Below are positions 12,571-25,285 of a stretch of 64,000 nucleotides of DNA, piece after piece. Location: the NCBI GenBank assembly GCA_036785375.1, contig JAWMAR010000023.1, forward strand, positions 1,116,001-1,180,000, written 5' to 3'. Source of the stretch: Leucoraja ocellata. Its lineage: Eukaryota. Under the pieces are notes generated by a model. That model did not search any database, was not told where the DNA came from, and saw only the letters and a program-made list of their open reading frames with translations. Each line of letters begins with the position of its first letter. The stretch's first letter is position 1. The position numbers were made by a program, and so were the translations under genes.

Positions 12571-14439
12571 CAGGTGACCAGCACTAATGGAGGGGCCGAG
12601 TCATTCTCCATCCCAAAGTTAGAATCCTGGTGCAGACACTCCACTCTGACCTCAATCACAGCAGGAGTGTTTTCTTAAACCTTCCTCAGGAATAATGTAA
12701 CATCCTTACTAATTGTGAACATTTCTGCATTGGAGTTGCTTAAGTTAATGAATCAGCCAGAAGCATTTGAGAAACTCGTGTCTCTTTATTGGAGTGCACC
12801 ATAGACAAGTTAAAACAGAAAGAATATTCCACCTCCCTCACCCACCACCTTTACCTGTGGTAAAGTTTGTAGACCTTATTTTGATTGTATCAGCTGTCTC
12901 AGCATCCACAGAACTGCAACAGAAGCAACTCCTCAATTGCTTTCTCTTTGAATTTCTACTTTAAACGTTTATAAAATGTACTTTTATTGGATGTGCAATA
13001 TGTATGTATTATTTTTGCTTTTCAATTGTGATTGCAGAAGTGGTGACATTTCTTCTTTGACCATTTCTTTACTTAAAAAGCAACAAGATATTTGAGATTG
13101 AGCTTCTGTTTTCCCGTTAAGTTGGTATCAATTGCAATATTACAGTTGTACCTTTGTAATTTTCAACTTCAATCTATGAATTTGAAAATTTAATATCTCC
13201 TATTCAAACAGCATTACTGTAAATGAACTGGGAGATTATTACAAAATATGAATGTTCAGGCAAATTAGCTTTTTAGCAGAAAAAATGACCAGTTAACACC
13301 GGAAATACTCAGCAGGCCGGGCAGCATCCTTTCAGCACTTGAGGAACTTCACTTTACAGTACAATGGTCTTCGACGCAATTTTCAAGCAGTTTTGATAGT
13401 TGTCAAACATGACACCATAGAAAGTCGCTGAGCAAGGTTTTCGTTTGAGATACTGTTTAATATTCAAATCTATCAGCAACAACAGGAAAACATTCTTGGC
13501 ATAATGAAATCGGGCAGATTTAGTTTTAATTTGATTCAACGATGGTGTCTACCATGTTTTCTGATTCCTTCAGTAAAATGGTCAGTGATATTTTTAGATT
13601 TCATGTCATTGGTTCAAGATTCCTGTGATCATTGCAAATTTCTCAAAGCAGTACTTGGCTTAATTAGATTGCTGCCATTCTCAAATGTAGAGTTACTATT
13701 TTGAGGCAAGTATGTTCATCTGTTTGATCGGTGTTTGGAACTACATTTTAAGGCTAATAAAAAGCAATGGTGATCTTCTGTGGGTTTACCTTTTTCAACT
13801 GTCAGATTTTTTTGCCATCTTCAATTGTGTAATGTAAATCCTATTTTAAATTGTGTCGGGCACTTGGGATTCATTGTGTGATCAAGGGATCCATCATTTT
13901 CTCTGAATCGTCACACAAATAAAAATAAAATTTAGAGGCGTTTTTGAAAATTGTCTAGGATAAATAAAAAATATGGACAACAGCTACAATAAATATCTCC
14001 ATTAATAAGATACCTGTCAAAGTTGTGCCTTGATCCCAATCATGTTCTGTTTTCTTGTGGTTTGGCTGAGTAGGCAGTATGTGTGCAGGGGTGTTAATAA
14101 ATTGTAAAATAAGTGACAGGCAAAACTTTAAACATGCTATGAAAACCATTAACAAGAAGTTTTATCAAAGGATTTGTTTTTTTTGCATAATAATTTATAT
14201 CAATCTGGTAATATTGGAAATACCAGTATTACTTTATATCCTTTGATCTCCCTTCTTAACTGAAAAATATTTTCACCAATGACATTTTAAGAAATACTTG
14301 TTTTGGAACATAGATTAACAGTTGCTGACGTACTTGATATGAAACAACATAACTAACCCACAGAAGCCAGGAGGTTCGAAGATTACAGCAATGTTATATA
14401 TTGGGAGAATTCAGCACAATCTACCAGTCTGAAAAAACA

Positions 14440-15050
14440 CAATTCTACCATCACCCTCTGCTTCCTGCTATGCCAGTTCATCATCATATTAATGAGACTC
14501 TCCCACATGCAAAACTCTGTTAATTATCCCTAATGAACCCCTGTCTTTTCCAAATGCATGTGTCTTATGTCCCTCAGAATCCTTTCCAGTAGCTTCCCTA
14601 CCACTGCTGTTATGCTTGCTGGTCTATAGTTCCCAGGTTTTTTATTTCCAGCCCTTAAATTGAGGCAAAATCTTAGCCAATCTTTTGGCACCACACCCGT
14701 GTCTGATGCGGATTCATACAGTTCAGCCAGGGCTCCTGTTGTTTCTTCTCGAGCTTCCGATTGACTCTTTGGATAAATTTGATCAGGTCCCGGAGATTTA
14801 TCTACCTTCATATGCCCTAGTTATCCCTTTTTCCTTGATATACATAGTCTTCTTGGATTGTCCTTAATATGTTTATGCCACAGCTTTCTGATGCTCCCTT
14901 CTTAGTCTCCTGATCTCTTCCTTAACTATTATCCTCATTTCATTACACACAAGGACACACTAGATCCCCATTGCCTACACTTGACCTATGCCACTTCCTT
15001 TGCCTGAATAGAACCTCACTTTTTTGCATCCTCCAGGGTACCTTCCCTCC
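14440..15050 (-). mobile_element. CR1 LINE ORF2 fragment
   Basis: ORF 14530..14811: KVDKSPGPDQIYP...PGNYRP.S.T.VVGKLLERILRD. Confidence 0.8.
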
Positions 15051-15570
15051 ATATATTGCTTGAGCACACTTGACTAATTCCACCCATCAAAGCCCTTGGC
15101 ACTCTGGCTTGAGAAATGAATTTATATTTGTCTATGGTTTGTGGTTTGCCTGATTTTGTTTGAGGCTTCCAGCATGTGCTGTAGCTTACCTTCAGCATTG
15201 GTGCTCAACTTTAACCTTATTCAGAAACACACATATGGAATTGATAGATAAGGATAATATTTTATATTTATGGCATAGCTATTTATAGCACAGCTTTTAA
15301 ATAGACGAACAAAGTCTGCAAGTGCTGACTTATTACAAATGAATGCCTACGTGGGCAAGGTACAGAAGATGATTCATGTACTGGGATTCCAGATATAGGA
15401 GGGGGAAAAGATTGTAATGAACCTTTTGCATGAATTCTTTTGAAATATGGCATATTGATATACATAATATTTGCCTGAATTTGATCATGGTTCCTTCACT
15501 CGTTTAATTTTTTCATTGGGTTTTGATGATGTACTTACTCTGCCATAATACATAGTTCATAACAGACATG

Positions 15571-15661
15571 TAGACACAAAATGCTGAAGTAACTCAGCGG
15601 GACAGGCAGTATCTCTGGAGGGAAGGAATGGGTGATGTTTCGGGTCAAGTCCCTTCTTCAG
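15571..15661 (-). mobile_element. Short Penelope-derived hammerhead-family insert
   Basis: Reverse complement: CTGAAGAAGGGACTTGACCCGAAACATCACCC plus tail. Confidence 0.75.
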
Positions 15662-15789
15662 TTAATAGCACAGACCCGGAGTTCAAATTCTACCTGAGTT
15701 TGATATCAACTTTATATAACCACGCATGATATTTGATGACATTACCAATGTGGCACCCCAAAATCTTTCCGCCAATTAAGAGTCACATT

Positions 15790-16520
15790 AGGAGTGTGCT
15801 TGAATCGTTTCCACTGTCTGAATGAATGCAGCTCCAACACTTGGATGACAGCATTCCTCCCCGTCCATTCCAGACCCCTGCTTCCCACCCGTTTTGGATA
15901 GCCTGCCATTTTAATTCCGTTTCCCAGACTGACCTGTTTGTCACCGGCCTTCTCCCCTGCAGTTGATGCCAAATGCAAAGTAAAGGAAGAGCACCTCGTA
16001 TTCCACCTGGTTAGTCTCCATCCCAGTGACAAGAACATTAAAATTTCGAATTTCAAGTAAACCACACCTCATATGTCCTTTTCTCTCCTCCTAACAAGGT
16101 TTGCCTCTCTTGCAAACCCTTCTTCCCACCTTAACCCCCAGATCCCTCTTACTGCATTTCTTTTCACCCCTCCTACTGGATGCCCTAACTCACTACAGCA
16201 TACACCTCCCCTCCTGTTGTTCCCCTCATGCCGGTCCATTCTTCACTTTCCTTTCTTATCAGATTTCAGCAACTGTAGCCTTTGTTATGTACATATTTCC
16301 CTCCCCCACCAGACTTTATTTGCCAATCAATCCCTCCTCACATGTATTCACCTATCATTTATCAGCTCTTGCTCCACTCCGCTCTCCAACTGTTTAAACT
16401 GGCTACTTCCCCAACTCTTTCAGTCCAGCTGGGATCCTGACCCCAAATGTCAACTGTCCATTTCCCTTCACAGATGCTGCCTCACCTTTTGAGTTCCTCC
16501 AGTAGCTCTCTTTTGCTAGA
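15790..16520 (+). mobile_element. Penelope-like element 3' fragment
   Basis: ...EEHLVFHL..L.P...NI..SNFK end of the GIY-YIG domain, pyrimidine-rich tail and CAGATGCTGCC terminus. Confidence 0.65.
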
Positions 16521-18629
16521 ATTCAAGGTAATGTAACCTTGCTTGTTTGTACCGCATCCACCATTCAATATGTTCACTCACTCTACATCCAATGAACTAC
16601 CTGCAGAATGCATCATTTACATACTGCATGCTCTTATTTAGCAGTCGCTCAAGTTTTGATCTTAACTGCAATAAACCATAAGATAGCATGCTCATGATTT
16701 TACCACCATTTCCAAGAACTCTTCCAAGTATCAGGCTTTGGAAATTGCTGTAATAACAAAACAGCAATATAAGTCCTAGGTTTCTTGCCCAACAGAACTT
16801 TTGATGTACTTTTATCAGGAAGAGAACAATAGCTTACGGCAGCTCCTTATACTACCTTTGAGAGCAGGTGGAGAAGGGCTATAAACGCAGGCTTTGTCAG
16901 TGATGTGGACATCCTGCAATTAAAAAAAAAATCTGTTATATCTACAGTGGTGGGAAGGAGAGGAAAGTAAGTATTTTAACATATCGATAGCTTGAATATT
17001 ATGCAGGGAGGTTCAAGATATCACTGTCCAAATGAGTGAAATTGGCTCAATGATTGTTGCTGTTAGGATATCACCCCAGTGTTGGATGCGTAGACCAACT
17101 TCCAGATTAAATTTCAGATGATAATGTTTTCATAGTACTGATTCTGTAGCTATCCTAGTGTACTGACATTTTTCAACAGGTACATTCGGTTTTCAAAAAT
17201 TGGCTAAGCCCAAAAGCTGCTCCACAGGAACTTAATAGACATTCATAGCACAGAACAGTTGAAAAATATATGGAAGGTCAGTATTGTCTTTTTCAAATGG
17301 AATGTTGCCCAAAGAATGGAAATAAGCATGCGTATCATTATATTTTGTTTTGAGTAAAATTTCAATTAAGAAAACAATTTGCATATTTATTGAGCAAATC
17401 TGTTTCAGCTGTCATTCTAATCTGGGTGTGAGAATGATCTAAATTTGTGAGGTGAGGTGTTGTCATTATCTCCCAGTACATGTCGTCTTGCTGGATTTTA
17501 CTGCAATGTCTGACTAGGCATTTATTAAAAGTAGGAAGAGACTATTGTCAGGCATTACAACTGTGAAACAAGAAAAACTCAGCTGTCCCATAATTTGTTT
17601 ACCTTTGCTCAAATGTGGTAACTGTTACGTTTTCAAATGTGATGCCTTTTTTCGATTTACTGCCTCACATTGGATAATGTAATATGACGAGTAAGAACTG
17701 TACAAATGTTAGCATCCAGTCTTCATGTTTCTCTTTAATATTAATCAAGTGTGGGTGTAGTGAGCTCTGAAGCTTTTGCAGTGATAATGATCACTGGCTT
17801 TTCTGGCTGTTCCTAAACCTGTTAATTCCTCACATTGCTATCTGGCTCATCTGAAAATACAAAATGGATTTAACAGTTATTGGCCCCCTTGTATTCTTAA
17901 GACATTAATGTCAGCACATTATCTGAAACTAAATCTGCGTATTTTACCTTCCCTGTGAACTTTTGCAATGGCTCAGTTGATACCACACTTTGTCAAGTCA
18001 TAAGGTTCAGCTTTCAATTTCTACTCCAGAGACTTAGGCACAAAGCCTCTGGCACTGCAGTGCTGTACTAAAATGTCAAACAATCAAATCCGCTGTCTTT
18101 CAGTTGAGATGTTGAGCTGAGTGGCTGTCAGCTTTCTCGGGTGCAAGTAAAAGGCAAGGCATTATTTAGAAAAAAAATGGCATGGTTCTTAACTACTGTT
18201 GTAACCTGGTCCACATTATGTCTTAAACCAATCTTTCTAAAACAGATTATCTAGTTATTATCACATTACTATTTGTAGGATGCAAGTTGTTAACTCCAAT
18301 AGAACGTTGAACAGTACAGCATAGGAACCAACTATTCTGCCCACGATGTGTATGTCGAACATGATGCCACGTTAAACTAATCTCATCTGCTTGCATGTGA
18401 TCCATATTCCTTGCATATACATGCACCTATTTAAAGCCTTTTAAATGCCACTATTACATCTGCCTCCACCACCACCACTCCTGATAACCTGTACCAGGCA
18501 TCCACTGCTCTCTATAAAACTCATCTATGTTTGCCCATATTGCAGGAGTGACTGCACTTCAAAGTACTATATTGGTAGTAAGATGATGAAGGACGTTCTG
18601 AAAGAAACATGAGAGATATATAAATACAA

Positions 18630-18722
18630 AGACGGATCTAGACCCGAAACGTCACCCATTCCTTCTCTCCAGAGATGCTGCCTGTCCCACTGAGTTACTC
18701 CAGCTTTTTGTGTCTATCGTTG
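18630..18722 (+). mobile_element. 5'-truncated Penelope-derived hammerhead-family insert
   Basis: GACCCGAAACGTCACCCATTCCTTCTCTCCAGAGATGCTGCCTGTCCC; the CTGA box is missing. Confidence 0.75.
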
Positions 18723-18959
18723 ATTTGACCTTTGTTCAACAAGAGATTGCAATTGAGACCTGTTCAAAATCCACATTAGCAGTTGTCAGTGGATTTATGA
18801 TGTGATATAATATACTCTACGATACATTATTATTAGGTAGCTGTGCCAATTTGTTCATTATTCTATCATAACTAGTTAACAGAAACAACAATGTGTAGGA
18901 ATAAACATCTTTTGCTGCTCACATAAACAAAACACAGTCTCGACATGTTTATTGAAACT

Positions 18960-19150
18960 TGTGGGTGGCCTGGTGGCGCAGCTTGTAGAGCTGATGTCTC
19001 ACAGATCAAGGTGACAGGTGATCTCTGATGCTGTCTGTGGAGTTTCCACTTTCTCCACGTTACTGTTTCTTCCAGGTGCTGATATGTTTCTCCCATATCC
19101 CAAAGAGATGTAGGTTAGTTGGCCAATTTAAATTGCCCCCAGTATGTAGT
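18960..19150 (+). mobile_element. Decayed tRNA-derived SINE (HE1/V-SINE-like)
   Basis: A-box-like TGGCGCAGCTTG and the V-domain-like CTGTGGAGTTT...TTCTCC...CCCATATCCCAAAGA. Confidence 0.55.
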
Positions 19151-21234
19151 TACAATTGAGTCAACCATTGTGTGTGATGGGGTTGTGAGTTATCTTTAGC
19201 CAATCTTTAGTTATCTTTTGTCTCATAGTGCTGTCAAACTATTATTAGTCGCAACTATAAAATAATGAATGGAGTAATAGAGTTGGAATGATAGTTACAA
19301 ATTCCCAACAAAGTGATCAAAAGTCATTTAAATCCAAATTCAATGCTTTAGAATAGGCTTTAAGAAATTTCATGACACTAATATTGCCTCTGAACATGTA
19401 CCATGAAGTACTCACTAATAAAATGTCATTTGGCTCGATAAGATAGTTCAAGGTGGAAAGCATTACATTTCAGTGCTTCTTTGGACTAGAATTCAAATAT
19501 TAAAATTCTACTAATAATGGTGTCAAGCTATAATCACGACCAATTCACTGAACTCTCTAAAAGCTCAACATACTGTTTCCAGTGCTGCTTATCAGAGCAG
19601 GTCAAAATCTATACTTGTTGAAAGAGGAAAAGAGTTAACTTTTCAACTTAAATTCTTCAACTTTCTCACTTGTTTTCTCATTTATAGCAGAGCGTCAATG
19701 TTAACCCTTCGTCTCACCACAGATGCTGCTTGACCTGAATGTTACTAGCATTATCTGTTCAGATTTTCCGCACCTGTCGTTTTTGAATTTCAAAATTTCC
19801 ATATTTCTTTTGCTTTTGATTCTAAATCTATATTCTGAAAAATGTACTATATTTAACATGGTTGCTCGTGTCAGATTAAAAAAAAAAATCTTTAAAGGAT
19901 TTTAAACCAGTGTTCCAACCCAACTTAAACTAGATTCACTGAACACCAATTCAAATGCCAAATGGAATGTGGTGCCATTGAAAGCATTTTCCCTTGTGGG
20001 TTTCTCCACCCAATAACCATATGAATTTGCATGATCCACACTATTCACTTCATAGCCTGACTAAGAAAGATATCAGTCTACTGAAAGTGTCAGCATGCCT
20101 TTGGAGTAAAAAAAAAAGCATTTCCTTACCAACAGAATTTAAAATTGAAGTGCCAGTGAATGTTATGAAACACACCTTCACGTTAAGGTGTGCAGTGCAT
20201 TTTAGAGATGATTACAGAACAGTAGCGCAAAGTTGTTGGAACAAAGCAGGAAAACTTTTCATATACTTCTGGTAAATATAAATACTAAGGGAAGCCAGTG
20301 AGCATTGACAAACGACAAGCTGCTATTTGCTTTATTGTTCAGTTATTGTAACCAACTTACTGATTGGATCCAAGTGTGGAGTTGTGCATTTGCACAAGGT
20401 CATGTCGCATTTCAACTGGTTTTTATTTTTTTTAAAAAGGACAATCTCCAAGCTGATTTCAATGTAAATTCATTCATGAGCTGACATTGTACATTCTGGA
20501 TCGAGAAGAAGGGATGACAGCTCCAGCTATTTTCAGTATCCTATCCTTTGGTATCTTATCCTTCTGTTGGAACATGTTTTTCTACAAAGAGACGTCTGAT
20601 TTATTTTGTCTCAACAAATGCTTATCTTAGAAATGTTTAAATCACTCCACGGTTAATATCTTGATCTATTATAAAATATTTTTACTGCCTAAAGCCACGC
20701 TCCTTATAATTCATTTGTTTCAGTAAAACCATGATACTGTTTTTTATCTCAATGTTTTGATGCTTTCTTGGACATCTAGTTCATTTAATCTCCTCGTAAG
20801 GAATATCTTGAATGTGGATTGTTAGAAGAAGTAAACATCATCTTCAGAATAATAAAAGTGTAATTCAAGCTGATGATTTTCAACCTATTATGGGAAATCA
20901 GTGCAAATCATAGAACAACATTTTTGAAAAGTGCAGTAATATTTCATAATTCCTATTGGAAAATGTTGATTATTCCAAAGCTATGAACTGATTATACAAC
21001 CAATTTGGAACAGCTACTTTATCTGCTGAATGTTCATTTCAAAGTATTCTGTATGGTTAGAAATAAATCTAATCGGTATTTGTACTGGAGGAGGAGAGAA
21101 ATTTTAAGTTCTCTTAAATGTGGAAAATCATTGGCTGTTACAATGAATGCATGTACATCATGACCTTCCTTCTGATCGATAAGTTCTATTGGCTTTCTCT
21201 CTTTTCTGCTACTTTGATTGCTTCATTGTTGAAG

Positions 21235-21255
21235 GGAGGATTCAGACCTATTCAG
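21235..21255 (+). CDS. EIF4G3: EIF4G3 21-nt neural microexon: GGFRPIQ
   Basis: gaag|GGA GGA TTC AGA CCT ATT CAG|gtaata. The peptide matches the known eIF4G3 microexon (eIF4G1 has GGFRSLQ). TGC motifs at 21207 and 21219. Confidence 0.93.
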
Positions 21256-21548
21256 GTAATATCAACTAATTAGTAACTCTCAATCGGCTTTGCTAAATGC
21301 TGAAAATTGGAAAAAGGGGTTTAAGGCAGCATTATTAGAATTGTTTTCACGTTTTATAAATATTTCAACCACCCAGCTTACAGATCAGTTTGAATTCAAA
21401 GTTTTCTTACGTATTTAAAATGGAAGTCTTTGACTTCACAGATCTACAAGCGTTGGAATATTGAAAGTTGCTTTTTATTAACTTGATGTGCTTAAAAATG
21501 TCCAGAGAAATTCATGAAAATAAAGTGAAAATTCAAATGATGAACTAT

Positions 21549-22040
21549 ATAACCATATAACAATTACAGCACGGAAACGGGCCATCTCGGCCCTTCTAGT
21601 CCGTGCCGAACAGTTACTCTCACCTGGTCCCATCTACCTGCACTCAGGCCATAACCCTCCATTCCATTCCCGTCCATATACCTATCCAATTTATTTTTAA
21701 ATGATAAAATCAAACCTGCCTCCACCACTTCCACTGGATGCTCATTCCACATAGCTACCACTGTCTGAGTAAAGAAGTTCCCCCTCATGTTACCCCTAAA
21801 CTTTTGTCCCTTAATTCTCAAATCATGTGATCTTGTTTGAATCTTCCCTACTCTCCATGGAAAAAGCTTATCCACGTCAACTCTGTCTATCCCTCTCATA
21901 ATTTTAAAGACCTCTATCAAGTCCCCTCTTAACCTTCTGTGCTCCAAAGAATAAAGACCTAACTTGTTCAACCTTTCTCTGTAACTTAGGCGCTGAAACC
22001 AAGGCAACATCCTAGTAAATCTCCTCTGTACTCTCTCTAT
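21549..22040 (-). mobile_element. Young CR1 LINE 3' fragment
   Basis: ORF 21564..22010: LSYRERLNKLGLYSLEHRRLRGDLIEVFKIM, with an (AACCATAT)-type tail. Confidence 0.88.
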
Positions 22041-22468
22041 AAACTACTTTGAATTATTGAGCAATCAATTAAATTGCAATGATTGTCCCCTAGTTCGTTT
22101 ATCTAGAGATCCTTCTAGAGGTCATGATGCACGTAGGCTAATGTCCCTCTAATGTAACTGAGAAGATGTGTGCTTCTGTAGAACATAGCAGTTGAAAGAC
22201 TGGAGTTCACTAGTGGTGAGCTTCTGCTACCAGATTACTGCTGTCCTTGAGATGGAGACCTATTACTGGGGAAAGTGGCCAGCCCAAGTGCAGTGCCCCC
22301 GGCATATATTCATCAGTTGAGTTCTTATTTTCAAAAAATTGGAGCGTAGTCTTTGAATGAATCATTTTCTGCAATTTTTTAAGGCGATTTAAAAGGATGG
22401 TGTGTATGCAATGCTTTTTATGAATTATTAGTAAGTGTATTAATTTTTTACATTTTTTGTTCCTGCAG

Positions 22469-22654
22469 TTTTTTCAAAGACCGCCAATGCAACCTACTAG
22501 ACCTAACATACAGAATAATAATCCTTCCATGCGTCCAGGGACACAGACTGCAACAGCTGCAGTCTATCCGCCCAGCCAAGGACCTATAATAATGATGAAT
22601 CCACCTGTGCCATATCCCCAAGCCCCTCAGGCTCCATATTACATTGCAAATCCG
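22469..22654 (+). CDS. EIF4G3: EIF4G3 exon (186 nt): FFQRPPMQPTRPNIQNNNPSMRPGTQ...PYYIANP
   Basis: cctgcag acceptor, CCG|gtaaga donor. Matches the eIF4G3 FFQRP...PS.RPG.QT segment (prion-like domain). Confidence 0.93.
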
Positions 22655-23159
22655 GTAAGAGAAGTAACTACTACTTTAAATATTAATCATTTGAACTAGT
22701 AGTATTATTTTTCTTTATAAATAAACCTATATACATTTGTAGTGTGAGGGTGACAAGTACTTGTAATCAGTTGTGTCTCTGCACACCTGGGGATATTGTA
22801 TTTTACAATCTGCTCAGAAATCAGTTATATTTTATTTTTTTTAAACATTTCAAAACTTTGGATAATTCAAATTGGAATTTAGATGAGACTTTATCGATGA
22901 GCTAACATTCATAAATGGAAGTGTATCAATGTTGGTTTCATGTAATTCCATCTGTGTTTAGTTTATTGTATCATGTAAATCTAGTTCAAAATGTGATATG
23001 TGAGGATGTTGAGTGAAAGACTTGCCATTTCTGCTGGAAATTTCCTATTTATGGAATTAGAATAGCTTGTTACTCAAACAATCTGCCTTGGATGAGACAT
23101 CATTGGCCTAACTACACCACTGTAGTATTTAAATCAATGAACAAATTAGGATGATTAAA

Positions 23160-23203
23160 GATAGGAGTCTGAAGAAGGGTTTCGGCCCGAAACGTTGCCT
23201 ATT
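23160..23203 (+). ncRNA. Minimal type I hammerhead ribozyme motif (PLE-type, dimer-dependent)
   Basis: CUGAAGA (23169-75), A, stem II GGGU-UUCG-GCCC, GAAA, palindromic ACGU stem III, GUU triplet, short stem I with GCCUAU. Confidence 0.7.
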
Positions 23204-23261
23204 TCCTTCGCTCCATAGATGCTGCCGCACCCGCTGAGTTTCTCCAGCACTTTTGTCTACC
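23163..23261 (+). mobile_element. 99-bp Penelope-derived insert with 17-bp TSD
   Basis: Perfect TSD TTAGGATGATTAAAGAT at 23146-23162 and 23262-23278. Confidence 0.88.
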
Positions 23262-24594
23262 TTAGGATGATTAAAGATGTGATAAGTAGAGGTGATAGTG
23301 ATTTAATCACTATCTAATCAAGTGGTTGAATGTGGGCAAAATTGTGAAGCTTTTCCTGCCAAATGGTATGACTGATTGGTAAAGATGCCAGAGGGGTTAA
23401 TAATGATTAGTACAGGCCTTGTGTGAACACAGCAAGCTCTTAATCCAAGCTATTGATTATAACTTCAAATGCTCTTCATTGGTCACAGTGGAATGGATAC
23501 CCAACCAAACAAAATAATAGTATAATCTGCCCTATTGAACCTATTTCTGTGCTCTTCAGTTCTCTCCTTCAGCATGGTGCAGATGACATGATCATGCTAT
23601 GCAAGGATTTATTTTGTTTCCTGTCCCACAGCCAGTCCTTCGTCACATTGCATCCTATACATTTTTTCAGATTTTTTTTAAATCATTATTTTTCCACTGA
23701 TTTAACCTAATTCCCTTTACTCCCTTATTTGTGGCTTCCATCCACCATAATGGTTCTCAACTACTTAAGTTTCCTACACTTTTGTTGTTACACCCTCTCC
23801 TCCAACAGAACACCCCTTGCCTATCAATCCCTCCACGTTCAACAGATCATCCTCTTTAATTTCTTCCAAATTCATTATGATGCCACACCAGACATCATTT
23901 CATCTTCCATTAGTGCAGGATTACGTCATGTTGTCCCTCATGCCGGCACTGTCATTCAGCAATGTCAAAACCAGTTTCTTGTTCAGTACCACTTTCCTGC
24001 CCTAACTGCATATCCCTTAATTTGCTTGAACTCTGCCCTGAGTATATTCAGTGAATTATGCCACCTTCACTATCCTGTCTACATATGTCACCACTTGCAG
24101 GAAACTATGTACTTGTATGTCTGGATGTCTCTGTTCTACAACACTCCCCAGGGCCCTGTCATATACTGCCTTAAGCCCTGCAGTGGTTTAACTAGCCAAA
24201 ATGCACCACTTTGCACCTGTCTGAGTTAAATTACATCTGCCATTCCTTTGCCCACTTTCCCAATTGAACTAGGCCTTGCTGTAACCTGAGACGCCTTCTC
24301 CACTGTCTGCCTCATCACTAATTTTTGTGTCATCCCCAAATATACTAAATATGTCACCAACATTCTCATTCAAATTGTTAATATATGGCAAACAACGGGG
24401 AACCCAGCACTGATCCAATTGTCACACAGCTGATCGCAGACCGCACAACATGGAAATAACTCCCCACTTCTGTACTGTGGCTCCTTCCACCAAGACAATT
24501 TTTTTTAAATCCAGTTGGTTAGCTCATCCTGCATCCCATGTGATTTCACCTTCTGGACTAGTCGGCCATGTGGGACCTTGTGAAATCCCACATG

Positions 24595-25105
24595 TATACA
24601 TGAGAGTATATTGATTGGTTGCATCATGGCCTGGTCCGCAAACGGCTTGGAGCGAAGCGCAGATAACTAAAAATCATGGACACCACCCGATCCATCATGG
24701 GTACTGACCTCCGCAATATCAAAAGGATCAATAGGAGTCATTGCCTCAGAAAGGAAATCAGCATCATTAAGGACCTTGGCCACCCTCTCATTTCACTCCT
24801 GTCCTCAGAAAGACAGTATAGGTGTCTGAAAACTGTGACCTCCAGGTTCAAGAACAGGATCTTCCCAACAGCTGTCAGGCTCTCGAAGACTACAAACACC
24901 AACTAAACTATGAACTACGAACTGTCTTGTTTGCACTAAGGACTTCGGCCAATTTTGCACTGATAGTGAGACTTTTCATTTATTGAATTTGTTTACATTA
25001 CCTATGAGTACTGTGTTTACAGACCTATTGTGCATCTGCAAATAAGAATTTCATTGTTCTGTTTTCAGTGCATATGACAATTAAACACTCTTGACTTGAC
25101 TCTTG
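24595..25105 (+). mobile_element. Rex1/Babar-type LINE 3' end nested in CR1
   Basis: ESILIGCIMAW... and ORF 24676..24906 (SIIKD..HP..SLL.S.RQYR..K..TSRFKN..FP.AVRL), ending in a (CTTGA)n tail. Confidence 0.75.
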
Positions 25106-25209
25106 TCTACTGCCATGCATTTGTCAATTCTCTTGATCAGGTCTTCACAAAAACTTAATTAAATTAATGAAATACTGTTTTCCATGCACTAAAACAAGCC
25201 TACTATGCT

Positions 25210-25285
25210 GTCTGAAGAAGGATCTCGACCCGAAACATCACCAATCCATGTTCTCCAGAGATGCACCCTGATCTGTTTAGTTATC
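25210..25285 (+). mobile_element. Short Penelope-derived hammerhead-family insert nested in CR1
   Basis: CTGAAGAAGGATCTCGACCCGAAACATCACC plus tail. Confidence 0.75.

Noticed and set aside
15730-15830. TGATGA...CTGA C/D snoRNA-like pair
   Set aside because: No convincing terminal stem, and it overlaps a Penelope remnant.
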